The translations under genes were made by a program, and so were the position numbers. 64,000 nt of DNA from Kondoa subrosea. Lineage: Eukaryota. Positions within the stretch are counted from its first letter, which is position 1. Every line of letters starts with the position of its first letter. A model generated the notes under the pieces. It saw only the letters and a program-made list of their open reading frames with translations. It was not told the DNA's origin and made no database searches. Positions 11,726 to 25,648 of the stretch are shown one piece after another. Location: NCBI GenBank assembly GCA_039545335.1, contig BCIN01000001.1:2545136-2609135 (forward strand), written 5' to 3'.

Positions 11726-12892
11726 ATGCTTCAGCGTCCAGCAGCAGCACCTAGAGCCCGCTCATTCGCTGGCCGAATCAGCGCTATCACCGAAGGGCTC
11801 CTCAAGAAGAAAAGCTCTCAGCCCAATTTGACAGCACTTGGCTACAAAGGCTCCAAGTCTCATTCGTTCGCCGACTTACCACCTTGTCCAGTTGTTGCCA
11901 TCACGAATCCTATTTTGCCAAATTCAGCACCACAATCGTTATTAGTACCCACTGAAGACAGCAACCCTTTACGTATTCGTTTACTCAGGTCTAGAACAGC
12001 CGACACCATCTCAACTCGAAATGAAGATGTCGCATCCGAATTGTATACACCTTCACGATCAGATACACCTTATGAGTTGGTCGAAGGACATCGAGCCATG
12101 CTCACTCCGTCTCATTTCACTATCAAATGTGGCACCAAGATCCAAGCAAGCCTTTCAATTCAAGATGAACAATTTCAAGATGAGCATTTTGTTTCAGATG
12201 AGGAGTATTCGCCTAAAACACCGACGGATGTCGTGCCTCATACCTCTCGTCCACCTTTGATTTCTCAATGGACGGAATCAACTATTTCAACCCGTTATCC
12301 ATCGTATCAGTCGGAAATTTCTCAGTTTGCTCAAAAAATCGAGCTCGCTACAGACGGTTTTCCATTCCCTCTGTTCCCTCTGCAATCTTGTCCCACCAAA
12401 AAGAATGATAGCAATCGTTCTTCCCTTCTGGTGGAAACCCTTGCCAGTCCAATTCATTCAGCCAAACTACCTATCTCGAAAATTGATCTCGCCAAATTAT
12501 CGATGCTTGAAACTTCACCTTTGCGCAAACGATCTGGTTACAGAGATTTCATCAAGACTTTGCCTGACCTGGCGGGCTCGACTTCTACTTATCAGTCTTC
12601 ATCCGAGTATTGTGATTCCGAGGCAGAAATCAACGCTACTTTGAAAGTGTTGGAGGGGAAAAATTTGAGTTGGTCTTCTGCTGATACTTTGGATGACTCT
12701 GTAGCCATGAAAGAAGAGGAAGGAGTTGATAGTGCTGAGATTTTGATCATGTCTCTTGCTTCCGTCAAGCGTTTAAGTAGTAAAGCAGTCGGTACGGAAG
12801 AGGTCTCTACTCGTTCTATAGGTGTCCAGACGGATGAGGATCTTTATGGTAGGAAGGGATCAACTGCAACCGCTTGCACGACTTTCGGGTAA
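11726..12892 (+). CDS. Hypothetical Ser-rich, largely disordered protein
   Basis: Long uninterrupted ORF (11549..12892); in-frame ATGs at 11666 and 11726. The end may be spliced (GTAAGC near 12889). No domain recognised. Confidence 0.65.
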   Translation: MLQRPAAAPRARSFAGRISAITEGLLKKKSSQPNLTALGYKGSKSHSFADLPPCPVVAITNPILPNSAPQSLLVPTEDSNPLRIRLLRSRTADTISTRNEDVASELYTPSRSDTPYELVEGHRAMLTPSHFTIKCGTKIQASLSIQDEQFQDEHFVSDEEYSPKTPTDVVPHTSRPPLISQWTESTISTRYPSYQSEISQFAQKIELATDGFPFPLFPLQSCPTKKNDSNRSSLLVETLASPIHSAKLPISKIDLAKLSMLETSPLRKRSGYRDFIKTLPDLAGSTSTYQSSSEYCDSEAEINATLKVLEGKNLSWSSADTLDDSVAMKEEEGVDSAEILIMSLASVKRLSSKAVGTEEVSTRSIGVQTDEDLYGRKGSTATACTTFG

Positions 12893-13270
12893 GCTGCTGT
12901 TTGCTTACGATTTGCCTTGGGATTGATTTGCGTTTGCAAGATACTGGTCCATGGCTATTCTTCCTTCACCTAATCAAAAGCAAGTATTTGCACCAACTGA
13001 TGTTGAACCCATCAAACCAAAATCAAGGAGATTCTCCTTCTAGAGTCATCATCGAACGCAAGTGTTTTCACTTTCTGTATAGGGTTTGTCTTAATTTGTC
13101 GGTATGGGTATAACACACGCATAGCATTCAAAAGAGCATAGCACCAAAATGATGCTCCACTTTTACTTCAGCTTGGGTGGTATCACTTGACATCCTTGTC
13201 AGCAACTTTGATGCAGTCTAGTTTGCTATCTCGCTCTACACGATACTTCAGTCCCGCTCTAGCTAGAAGA

Positions 13271-15931
13271 ATGGCTTCCTCTACATCCGCTTGTCCTATA
13301 AAGGTGTTTACCTTGTGTCATGCGAAATACATTGCGGTCGAACTTAGGTTGTCGAAATAGCTCAATGATCCCTCGTTATGGAAGACACAATGTGGGCAGT
13401 CATATCTAGCCCATCACCTTGCGTTAATTTCACAATCTCGCAGCATTCATTAATGGTTAGCTAAGTGAGGGCTCTTGACTTTACGGATCACTAACACTTC
13501 AAGGAAGGTCAATGGGTTTCTGGCTCGTACACTCAATTCAAAGTTACCGATCCTGGTAATGGCAAACACATTGGTTCGGTTGACGAGCTCGGAGTGAAGG
13601 AAACAAAGCAAGCTATTGAAAGCGCTCAAGCAGCTTACAAGCTCTGGAATGCGACTACGTGAGATTGTGGTCATCGTAGGCACTTATTTCTGGCTGAATT
13701 GAATCTATGTACAGAGCGAAAGAGAGATATGATTTACTCATGAAGCTGTATGGACTTTGTATGGCTAATGCGGAAGATTTGGCATCTATCATTACTCTTG
13801 AGGTAAATTATAACTTTCCGTATACTCTATATGCTGAAATTTCTGGGTGACAGAATGGGAAACCTTTAGCTGATGCGAAAGGCGAAATCACTTATGGCTC
13901 GTCTTTCTTCGAATGGTTCGACTTGTATGATGTGTGTAGATAAGGCTCTAATGCTTGCCTGCAGGTTTGCTGGAGAAGCTGTGCGGAACTATGGCGATGT
14001 CATTCCAGCTGCAACGAAAAACATGCGAAACATCGTAAGTGGATTTACTGCTGCATCGAAGACGGTAAGTAATGAAACGAACAGGTGATCAAACAAGGAG
14101 TTGGCAAGTAAACGAGTATTAATACTGTGCTGTACTTACTCAATGCGCTTGTTAAGGTGTTTGTGGCTTGATTAGTAAGCTTCGTCTCAATTGTGTTGAT
14201 CGACGCTCATACTTCATTCAGCCCCTTGGAACTTTCCCAATGCTGTAAGCCAGTTCAGCGCCAATCTGACGGCTGAGCTGAGATCCCATCAGATGGTCAC
14301 CCGAAAATTAGCAGCAGCAGTTGCTGCGGGCTGCAGTGTCGTTGTAAGGTGTTTCCATATACTGATACATGCTTGCTCAGCATAATGAGTAGCTCAAAGC
14401 ACCATCAGAAACACCTTTCAGTGCTCTCGCATTGGCCGAACTAACGAAACGTGCTGGATTCCCCGATGGTCTGTTTAACGTCATTACCGCAGACAAGGAA
14501 TTAGCTGCAGTTGGCAAAGAGCTTTGCGAGAACCCCACTGTCAGTCAAGACCAGCCTTTCGGATGCAGACAGAGCTCTAATGATGAGTGCACCGCAGGTA
14601 CGGAAAATCTCCTTCACTGGCAGCACAAGAGTTGGCAAGATCCTCATGTCTCAAGCTTCTTCCGGGCTGAAGAAGTGCTCTTTCGAACTTGGAGGCAATG
14701 TGGGTCGAGATTACTACATAGACACAACTGAGCTGATTCAATTGTATAGGCACCATTCATTGGTGCGTTTACGGATTCTACCATATTACAAGAGATCTAT
14801 CCTCATGATCTATTCAAGTCTTCGATGATGGAGACCTAGATGCAGCTGTTGACGGAGTGATTGCCTGCAAATTCAGATCTTCAGGTCAAACTTGCGTTTG
14901 TAAGTATTCGTGCTGCAGAATGTAGCTGTAGCTTGACCTCTTGTGTAGGCGCAAACAGAGTATTGGTGCAGAGCGGAGTATATGACGAATTCGCATCTCG
15001 GCTAGCGAAGAAGGTCAAGAACTTCAAAGTCGGTTACGGTTAGTTTCGTTCGACTACATGTTTGTGTTGCGGCTTACAGGAAGGTTGCAGGTTTTGACGA
15101 GGGTATCACGCATGGTCCTCTCATCCATGAAGCTGCTGTCAAGAAGACCGAAGATCATGTCGAAGATGCTAAATCAAAGGGAGCCAAGGTCGTCTCTGGC
15201 GGCAACCGCTTGAAAGGCAATTTCTTCGTAAGATCTCAGCCTTTCGTCACACCAACACCACTAAATTTCATTGGCTTTGACTGAACAGGAACCGACTATT
15301 TTGACTAACGTACCGAAGGAGGTCCAAATATCGACGGAGGAAACCTTCGGTCTGTGCAATATCTTAATGCTACCTTATTACCTCTCATTATTCCGTCAGG
15401 ACCTGTCGCTGCTTTGTACAAGTTTGAAACCGAAGAGGAAGCGATTACTCTGTCGAACGATACTGAAGTTGGGCTTGCCGGATAGTGAGCTGCTTACACG
15501 CTCTGAGAGGTTTCACTAATACGCCATAGCTTCTTCTCTCGCGATATCGGCAGAATATGGCGCGTAGCAGAAGCTCTGGAAGTTGGTAAGTAGTTTTGTA
15601 TTGGTGCTGGTGTTCAAGCTAACTCTTGCAAGGCATGATTGGTGTAAACACGTAAATTTTTTTGTTGCTTTAAGTAGCGGCTTCTGACTAGATCTGGTAA
15701 GGGGTCTCATTTCGCAAGCCCAGATTCCTTTCGGTGGTGTTAAAGTATGTGTTCCTATATGAACCACCTTGTAATCTGCTGAAAGTATGGCGTAGGAAAG
15801 TGGCTTCGGTCGAGAAGGCGTGTAACACTTGTCTATTGCTGCTTTCGGGCTAATTTCTACTGAGAACAGGAAGCAAATACGGTTTAGCGGAATATCAAAG
15901 CATCAAGTTGATTGCTATGGGTGGACTGTAA
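13271..15931 (+). CDS. UGA2: Succinate-semialdehyde dehydrogenase (ALDH5 family)
   Basis: Spliced motifs [89 protein letters not shown]; 23 introns by manual parse. Confidence 0.92.
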
Positions 15932-16197
15932 TCTCCACGCTACACTCAAGAACAGGCTGTGTCTCAGAGCAGATTATGGATGAAGTGGAGATCTGCCTCT
16001 TTTTCGGTAATGAGAACGGTGCGAAATGTATATACAGTGAATCAGAAGTGTTGTCCGTGTTGGAATGCTTGCGTTGTTCCCGCTCGTGATCGAATTCCGA
16101 TAGGACACAAATACATTCAAGTTGCTGAATGCTGAAATCCATGCATTGTTCTATCTCGTAGCCTCTTTCTGGCGTAGTAATCAACCCTATTTATCTT

Positions 16198-17127
16198 TCA
16201 ATGCTTCCTGCGAGTGATTTCAAGCCAATTGTCCAAAGCTGACTTGATTTCCTGCATATGACCTGACCAAAAGTGATCTCCTCCTTCAACTTCGATAGCT
16301 ATTGCGAGACATCATCAGACACCTAATGATCGCAGGTGATTATGCTACGACTGACCTTGAAAGTCATCTTTGCTATCCATTACTCCTTTCAACCTCTCGA
16401 CTAAAGCCCGATATTTGCCTATTGCCGTGAACTGATCTTCCGTTCCATACAGCATCAACAAGTCCGCTCCATCTTCTATCAGTTCCTCGAGGCCGTCGGT
16501 GAAGGGAGATGAGCGAAAAGCAGTCAGTGCCCATAAAACTGAAAGAGGGTAAGAGATCATTAATCGTCGAATGCGAACGGAAGATAGAGTGTTAGGTGGT
16601 TGGCATAGGATAACAGGTAAAGATCCAGCAGAGTAGCCCTATTCATTATCTGAGTATACAGACTTCTCAAAGCTAGATGCATCGCTTACAGCAAAGAGCA
16701 ATTCCGTTAGGGGCCGTGTTTCTAGAGCGCAGTAATAATGTACGATAGCTTGATAATCTTCCGATTCTGGTAAACAGCTATATCTCAATTCAGCTCTCTT
16801 CTTGACTAAAGTCGCACAGACAGAAGACATACGAGAAGCTGCCTCTGCCTGTACTGTTTCCCACTCCTCGAGAATTCGCTTGCACAACATCATAATCATG
16901 AGAAAGAAGTATCCGAGTGACGTTTTGAACGACTCTGTCATTCCATGAGCCGCCTAACTTCCCAAAGCTTCGAGGTTTTCAGCGGAACATAAAAGAAATC
17001 ATTAGAGAACAGCTGACGGATGAGCGATGAAAGCTAAGCGAGTGCTGGACCCTGCAGCACGAAAGATACGAGTTTCGAGTTCAAGACCATCTTTTGTTGG
17101 AACTTTATGAAGAGTAGGCGCTTGCAT
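16198..17127 (-). CDS. Alpha/beta-hydrolase fold protein
   Basis: HPFGKLGGSWND, ANSRGVGNSTG, nucleophile elbow GYSAGS, YGTEDQFT and GGDHFW give a Ser-Asp-His triad pattern. Confidence 0.85.
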
Positions 17128-17174
17128 TATTGGAGCAAGAAGAAGAAGACTTTCAAGGGATGGCGCAGACTTTC

Positions 17175-19211
17175 ATGAGTGGAAGTGGGAGAGAGCTACC
17201 AAGACATCCTATTGGGTTCGTAAGGCTCGAGACGAGAAACAAAGGAATTGCTGTTCCTTCAAAGAAGCTAGATAGAATGAGTCAGTCGCAGGCGGCGAGG
17301 CGCAAAGTCTATGACAGAGGGATACAGTGGCCGACCCAGCGCAACCATCTAATTTCCGACATCTTGCTCTTGACCACCGCGAGAGCTGGACACGAATATT
17401 GGCAATAAGATACCTCCCAAGCATTGATCACCCACATTCGAGCTATACCAATGGGTAGACCGTTTGTCGCCTGTTGTCTGAATCGCTTGCGAAACTGAAA
17501 TCAGCACAAATGAAACAGGACAGCCGAGAGCTTCGATACTCTGTTGCTGTACGTTGTAAGAGTTCGCACACCAGGGAAGTTATACTGACTTACTCAACAG
17601 AGCCAAGACTAAGCATTTGATGTAAATTGGGCACCTTGCTTACAAGTCTTTATCGCATCTCAATCCTATTTGCATGTAGTCGGCAAGCCATAGACGCAAC
17701 GTCGGACGACTGCCCTACTCCGTTAAGCGAAGAGGTGTTCATCAAAGAGCTGGACTCGTCAGATGCGCTGGAATGTACTTTGTTTGAAGTAATCGCTCAG
17801 GTACATTGAATTGAGCCTTCTCTCAACTTTCATTCCGCTTATGACTACACCTTAGGTCGTCATCAAGCGGCGTGCATCTCGTCAAGTAACGATCCCTTTA
17901 GAAGTGGACAGCGAAGACGAATACACTGAAGTCCTGGATCGAGCAAGCCAACGCACCGCAGCTTTGCGTGAAGCTTCGCGTAGTTTTCGCTCAAGACAAT
18001 CAAGAGATCCGTCCGACTCATCTATCGGCGACGCATTAGCTACAGTGCGACGATTGACTCGAAGCACTTCAAATACTCAGACACCTTTCTTTGATCTCAA
18101 TCCTGCATCTTATCGAGCTGTTGCTTCCACTTCTTCAGCAGCATCAGGCTCAACCTCTTTCTTGAACGGAGTTCGTAGACATCGCCTCCCAGTGACAACT
18201 GCAGATCACAACAGCAATTCTCGCCCGTCTCGTATGATTAACCCGGATAGTGATTCTGACGAAGACATGGCGGCAGCTTCGGCGTTGGTGGACGCACAAA
18301 TGCGACTTCTGAACAGATCTCACTTTGCGTCAGCAGCAAATCAAAGCGAGGAAGCAAACGCTGATGGTGAAACTCCACTCAACCCGCCAACGCTACGACC
18401 TTCTTCACATGACGGCTGGGAAGTCGTTGGACCTGCTCGAACTTTGAGAAGAAGCCATTCGATTCGAAGAAGCGGGTTCCACAATCCGCCTGCTGGCACG
18501 ACTACTATTGGGGAAGGTATGGCTGGTGACCGAAGTAGTTCAGCTCCTGCTCGACATGCTTTGAACAACCAAACAATCGCAACAGATCCTGAAAACACTT
18601 ATGAATTACCTTTCTCTTTCACGCCTTCTTCTCCACCTCCTTCCCAATGGCCAAACTTGAGAAGACAAGCAGAACTCATTTCTGCTGAATTAACCAATTC
18701 CAGCAGACAACCTCCATCGGAAGGAGAATCACCTAATGAATTAGCAGCTCGAATAGCAAACCATTTATCTACTTCTCCTCTACCTCTCAATGGTTCAGAT
18801 CAAGACCTTCCTCCATCTTCTTCTCGAACTATCCCGCTATCTGCTTGGTTGAATGAAAGAACTACTCATCCCCAAGAGGAGATGACATTTACCGAATTTA
18901 TGGCTTTGGATGATGAACGTGCTGCTACTACCGTACAAGGAGAAGGAGAAGAAAGATCGGGCGAATTCAACAATTTTAGTTCAATGAGAAGAGGCCAATT
19001 GAGGGATCTGATTGCGAATGCGGCTGCTCGAGCAGAGGCGGTAAGAAATCATACTCCGGAAGAAATCTTGGGTTCTTCTTCAAGCGCTTTGCACTTGTCT
19101 ACTGCTGGTGGATTAGAAGATGATGAGGCGGACGAGGATAGGGAAAGGAGAAGGAGAACACCTGCTTTTGCGCCAAGTAGAGGGACGCAAGCTTTGGAGA
19201 CACTCTTGTAA
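17175..19211 (+). CDS. Hypothetical protein: short multi-exon N-terminus plus a long disordered exon
   Basis: Large terminal exon ORF 17904..19211; upstream exons join in frame via GT-AG introns near 17455, 17549, 17621 and 17801. The start at 17175 is tentative. Confidence 0.55.
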
Positions 19212-19404
19212 AGTTCTCATTTGTACTTATAGTTTCAGTGTACTTAGCATCATGTATTACATTTCATTTAGAATTATGTATTTCGTCGTCCTGTAGTTTC
19301 CAAACTTATTACTTCGTGACTACAACCCTTTCTACTCATAAGTTATACAATCTTTGCACTTTTATTACATCATTAGCCTCGACATTCCCTTTGCATATAT
19401 GTTT

Positions 19405-22400
19405 TCAAGCCTCGTTGATGCGAACGACAGTGCCTCCAAGCAATACTTCCTGCTGCCTGAAAGCTTCTTCACCATTTTCGAAACGCAATATTCTCTTGAC
19501 GTTTGGTTTCACCTCGTGTTCTTCTACTTGCAGACGCAGAGCATCCAGAGCTTCACGGTCTACGTTTGAATGCAAGTCAGGAAATGTGACATTGAGAAGA
19601 AGTAAGCTTACGATCTTCATCCTGCATCATAGGCAGGAAATAGCCAATGCTTTTGCGATCCTGCGATCGAATATTTGTATGACTCTGACACAATCGAGAG
19701 GGGACAAACCTTCTTGACAAAGGCTCTCCTTAGCGATCGCCAATTAGCCTTGAATTGCTTGCCGACACTTGCTGGAGTGAGATCGTCGCCGACAAGTGAT
19801 ACGAAAACACCCTCGTCGTGAAGAATACGACGAGAAGCATCGTATATTCTTCGCCCGCCAATGGTATCCAATACGACTTCGAAGCTGTTTTCCCGGAGGC
19901 GATTGATAGCTACGATAGCATCATCTCGAATCACTTCGTGTGCTCCATTTGACTTGCATAACGTTTCGGCATCGAGGGTGTCGGCTGCGACGTGAGCTGT
20001 GACATGCAAATCTGAACGCAAGTTCCGTGCGAGCTGCATGGCAACAAAACCAGATCCGGCGTGAGCGTTGAGGATAAGTATCTGCGGTTCTTGTCAATAC
20101 GCTGAGATGACCTCTATTCTGGCTTGACTTACCTTTGCGTCTTTTGGCAGATCGGCAGCTAGCGTAGAGATCGCATAGAATGCAGGAACACCTGCAAGCG
20201 GCAAAGCTGCAATTTGCTCTATTGTAAGAACGCCATCTGGTGCTTTTGTGATTGCTCCACGGTCGACAGTGATCAGTTCTGCAAGCGCTCCCGACTAGTA
20301 TTCAGGCAGGGTCAGCTGAGCTTCAGACACCGAGATTAAGCAGATGAACCTTTTTGATGTCGGTCAAACCATAAACAATATCCCCTCTCTTGAGCTTATG
20401 CACATCTTCTCCAGGCTCAACGACTTTCCCGCAAAAAGATCTTCCAGGAACGAATGCAAAGCCATCACCTCTCTTGACCAAGGTTTCCACTCTAGCGGTA
20501 TCCCAGAAATCTAAAGCTGTAGCCCAAACTTGCACCAGAACTTCTGTGGCTTTCGGTTTGGAAGAAGGTGGTTCGGCTATTTCAGTAAATCTAACATCTA
20601 GAGCAGCTCTAGAGGATGCTGGTGATTTACTCTTGGAGCTGAAGAACCTAGTTTTAGAAGCTTTTCTATTCCTTTTGAACGCTTCTGCAGCTCCGGAAGC
20701 GATAGCTATGGCGCACATTGTAGTCGAAGCGTTTTGAAGATGAGCTGTTGTCCAGTTGTTCTTGACTAGAGAACGTGATTGCGAACCGTACAAAGAACCA
20801 GCTGGAGCATTCATTAAACTGGCTGCTCTTCCTTTAGGTAAAGTATTAATTGATGTATCTCGTTCATGTAACGAAGAAAAGCGTCGATTAGTAGAGTTGA
20901 AGCCATTGAAACCGTTTTGTAAGGATTGCGTATCGAAGGACATGCGACGAGCAGCTGATCGAGGTGGACGTGCTGGTGGTGCGAATTCGGATGGTTGAAA
21001 AAGCTGACCCAGAGTGGCTGCTTGAGTGTTGACCAAACCAGTGGAAGAAGGGAAGACCACATCCGATGGTGGCTCTGGTGTGGTAGCTCTTTTATGATTG
21101 AAAGGCTCATTCAATGAACCTGCAGCAGATTTGATGGAAGAAGGTCTAGAATGGCTAGGCGATTTATTGGAGGACGGTCTAGAGTGACTAGGTGAAGGTA
21201 CAAGAGGTGGTGGTGGACCATAAGTCGTCAAAGGTATTGCTATCGGCGCGGGTAACGCCGAATCTACCTTGCTGTCGAAATTTTGCTTGACCAAACCATA
21301 TTGAATATCGTTATTATTTGCTCGTGAAGGTCCAGATGATCCATCAATGGAAGCTCGAGGTAATTCGCTGCGAGGTGTTGTATAATTCGCATATGTAGGC
21401 ATTGGCTGACTGCCTTCTTCAGTTGATGAACGCGAAGCAGGTAATTTGACAGGAGAAGCAGGTATCAGTTCTTCGCCCATACTACTCTTTGATAGATTTG
21501 CTCTGTCCGATTCTGTTCTAGTCAAGAATATTCTAGGAGGTACAACAGAAGAAGGTTTTGACGAAGTAAGAGGTTGATGTTGAGCTAAAGCGCTATCTGA
21601 TGTGGCTGGAGTAGTAACAGCTGTTTGTCGATCCCAAGAAGAAGTAGATGAAGCTGAAGTAGAAACCGGACGTTCCAAATTCCCAGCCAAATGTTTGTAA
21701 GATGCAGGAACATTATCGATCCAAACTCTTGACGGTTTCTCTTCTTCCTCATCTTCACCTTCACTTGCGCTAACAAAAGCGTCCGATCCTTCACTAGGTT
21801 GAGGGTGATGCTTTGTAGTAGTAGATCTTGTATGGTTATTGAGGGACGGACTGGACGAAAGCATAGGACTTGCAGAAGCTTTAGGCTTGGTGAGTTTGGG
21901 CAGGACGATGGCGAAAATTTTCCCATTATCTGAATCCCAAGATTCTTCCTCAAGGACAAACATTCTAATAGCGAATTCCAATCGATCGCCAGGATTTGCA
22001 TAAATGTTCACTGTAAAGTCAGCTTCGTTTGAGAGAGCATTAGAGCTGGTGATGGCTGTATGATCTTCTTGCGTAAGCCATCGGTTTCTTGAAAGACGGA
22101 GTATAACATCTGGTGATCGATTTTGCGATTTGCCCGTAACCCTTCCGCGTAGTTGATACACGTCTGAGACCATCAATTCGAACTTGAGCAGGACGAAAGG
22201 TTGCGAATAATCGCGAGGTGAAAGCGGCGATAAGATTGGTATGGCTTGCTTTGATTTGGACCGACCTACGGGAGAAGGTGAAGTTGACCTAGGTTTCTGA
22301 TCTTCTCTTACAGAGGGTAGACTTGGTACTGTTGGCTTTTCTTCATCTTCTTCCTCTTGAACTCGAGCAAGAGACCGAAGTCGGCGAGCGGAAGAGGGAG

Positions 22401-22964
22401 AATCGTGTGTAGTTCGAGGTTGATAAATTATCGGCTCTGGTTCTTGGTCCACAAGCGAAGACTGTGTATTGTATATCATTCAGCTCAGTTGATAAATCAC
22501 AAGCTGGTCAAACGTACCTGAGATGCAGATTGTGGAGTAGCATAGCCAGACCCAATAGACGCCGCTAGATTGGGCGATGAAGCAGCCTTCAAGCGACCGG
22601 CTGAATCTCTTCTACTCCTTGCAGCTGAACTCGAGATGGAAGGTTGCCTTATGATTAGCGAATCTTGCTTCTTTCCCAAATAATTTCCATAAGTACGAGA
22701 AGTTTCTGGTAACGGTTCTTCATTGTTCAAAGTACTAGAACTCCATGTAGAATACTTGGATTTGCTCCGTATGTAACCAACAGATCTGCTCGAGCGGATA
22801 GAAGATGCCGAGCGAATAGAAGCGGTGTCCGAATCACCAGCTTCTGAGCGAGTCCTTGGCCTACGTCTGAGGGGATCAGTCGCTGGAATATAGAAGCTGT
22901 TGTCCTGATTGTAAGATTTTGTTGGCTTTTGAAGCACGGACTGAATTAAAGTCGGCTTAGGCAT
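19405..22964 (-). CDS. Large protein with a C-terminal MDR-superfamily (quinone/enoyl reductase-like) domain and a long Ser/Pro-rich N-terminus
   Basis: EVLVQVWATALD, FVPGRSFCGKVVEPG..LKRGDIVYG, SGALAELI, IAALPLAG, ILILNAHAGSG, FEVVLDTIGG; exons join through GT-AG introns. Confidence 0.85.
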
Positions 22965-23242
22965 GCTCTTCTCACGCTTCTCTTAATTCTCTTGCAGCAC
23001 CGGCCCTGTTGCTACAATTTCTCGTGCAATGCAGATCCTTTGACTTTGTTTTTTTCTGAGAGGGCGCTACTTTCTATTCTTGAACGCTGATCTCGGTTTC
23101 GTATACCACGAGCAGGATAAAAACCCAAGACAAGGCAGGTGGATTCCACAGACCACAAAAGTTCCGCCGTTAGTGAACAAGAAGAAATACACCGACCGAC
23201 GTCAGAAGAATAGTTGAAGTCTCGAATCAGTCTCAGCGCAAA

Positions 23243-25612
23243 ATGTCCATGTCAAGTTTTGGTCCTCATCATGATCATAGCGAGACGCCGCATGTGAGGA
23301 AAGATACTTGGCCTAAAGTTGCTCAAGAAAGTCGGTGAAGCTGTTTCTAAGTTACATCCGCCGTTATTGATCGAATGGAGAAACAGAGCGGGACTCCTTG
23401 CATGCCCTCATACCAGAAGACTGGCGTTTACCTAAATCTGTTCTCGAATCTCTTCCACCCAACGTCCTAGAGATTCCTGCTTCAAGCGGAATTCTATCAG
23501 ATCATGAACTGAAGATCACAGAGGAGAACGATATCGCGATCATCTTACAGAAGCTACACAAGGGAGAATGGACTGCTTCTGATGTGACTAGAGCGTATTG
23601 CAAAAGAGCTGCGATCGCTCATCAAGTCGTCAATTGTCTGCATGAAGTATACTTTGATGAAGCTCAAAAGAGAGCGCAAGAATTGGACGAGCATTACAAG
23701 CAGACTGGGAAAGTCGTCGGTCCGCTTCATGGACTGCCTGTTTCTCTGAAAGAGTGAGTCCTTGCTTTGTCAGAATAGGCCATTGCTTATGTAAGTCTAT
23801 TCTTAGCCAATTTGATATCAAGGGTGCGTTCTCTGCACAGTAGCTCAAACTTGTCTGACGTGAAATTAGGCAAGGAGCTTACTATGGGCTACGCAAGCTG
23901 GCTGGGTCGGATCTCGAAACAAAGTGCTGCTATTGTCCGATTATTGCAAGATGCTGGAGCTATAATCTATGTTCGGACTTCGCTACCTCAGGTCAGCTCC
24001 TGCACTGTTTCAATTAATAAATAAGTCTGATCTCTAGCGCGAGAAAGACCCTTATGCACGGAGAGACTTCTAACCACATTTTTGGGCGAACTGACAATCC
24101 TTACCATTCTGCATTGACTCCGGGAGGTAAGCAGACTTATTGCAGATTATTGTAGCTTGATTGACACTCCTATAGGCTCAAGCGGTGGTGAAGGCGCTCT
24201 GCTTGCCATGAAAGGCTCCCCGTTCGCCTCTTTTGTCCTGCATTCATTGCTACAGCTGACAGGCCATTCATCAACGCAGGGTTGGTCTCGGAACTGATAT
24301 AGGTGGCAGTGTCCGTATTCCAGCTGGGTTCTGCGGTTTATGGGCTTTGCGGCCAAGCTATTTTCGAGTTCCTTATGGCCACGCATCGAATTCCTGGCTC
24401 GGCCAGAACAGTATCGTCAGCGTTATAGGACCTATGGCTCGTTCACTTTCTTCAATCGACATTATGTTCAAAACGATTTTGGACTGTCGACCAGAGGATT
24501 ACGATGCGACTGTTCTACCCTTCCCTTATCGATCTGAACTACGTCTGCAAGCTCCGAAATTGGAAAGGCTTTGCTTTGGTTTAATAAGGACTGATCATCT
24601 TCGAACACCTCATCCGCCTATTCAGAGAGCTCTAGAAGAAACAGCTAAAGCACTCAAGGCTGCTGGTCATGAAGGTATGTCATTGGTTTCGGTTGCAAGA
24701 TCGTTTGCTGATTTCATTGTAGTCATTGAATTCTCGCTGGAGAATTACAAGCGAATGCCTTCCCTTAATGGTCTGTGGACTTCATTTTTAGACCTGTATG
24801 TTGCTGAATTACTGCAAAGAGGAGATTCTCTTCGCCGATGCAGGTGAAGACGTCAAACGTACCTTTGAGACCATCGAAGAGGTACTTTTCTACCTCTTTA
24901 AACTTTTTCTCCGCTAAACGTATTTCGGTAGCCTCTTATGGCAATTACCGAGTTCGGGATTGATGAAACAATGGAACCTACCTCAGTTTACAATCTCAAT
25001 CAGCTCAATAGAGAAAAAGAGCATATGCAGCAAGAATTTTTGGCACATTGGCTATCTACCAAATCTCAGACTTCGACCGGTAGACCAGTAGATGGCTTGT
25101 GAGTGCAGCTTGCCATCATAAAATCAGCTCAGTACTGAACTTGTTGTAGGATTATGCCAATCGGTCCAACGACTGCTTGCGAGCACTCTCATATGGAGTA
25201 AGTCCCATCCAATGGTCCGGAAAAATTTGACTGATTTTCGAGAATAGTTATGACAATTATACTTCCTTCTGGAACGTCATGGATATGCCAGCCGTTGCTT
25301 TCCCAGTCACTACGGTCGATTCAACTCGAGATGCCGCTAAAACGACACCCAATTTGTTTGACGAGAAGGACAAACGCTCGTGGTCTCGGTGTAGGTCTTG
25401 CTTGCAGAGCAGCGGCGTAGCTTTCACTGATTCCACGTGAACAGACAATGCCGAGCTCACGCACGGTCTGCCGGTCGGTCTACAAGTGTACGTTCTAAGT
25501 CAGCCCAATAAGCCACGATTGACTCTGTAATAGTATTGGCAGAAGGTGGCAAGAGGAATCTGTGTTGGGAATGGCTGAGGTAATCGAGAATGCACTCAAA
25601 CATGCAAAGTAA
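23243..25612 (+). CDS. Amidase-signature family enzyme (fungal acetamidase/general amidase type)
   Basis: GPLHGLPVSLK, TPGGSSGGEGAL, GLGTDIGGSVRIPAGFCGLWALRPS, GLPVGLQV; multi-exon; stop TAA 25610-25612. Confidence 0.93.
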
Positions 25613-25648
25613 TGCAAATGAAATCGAATGCAAATGTAAAAGTATTGT

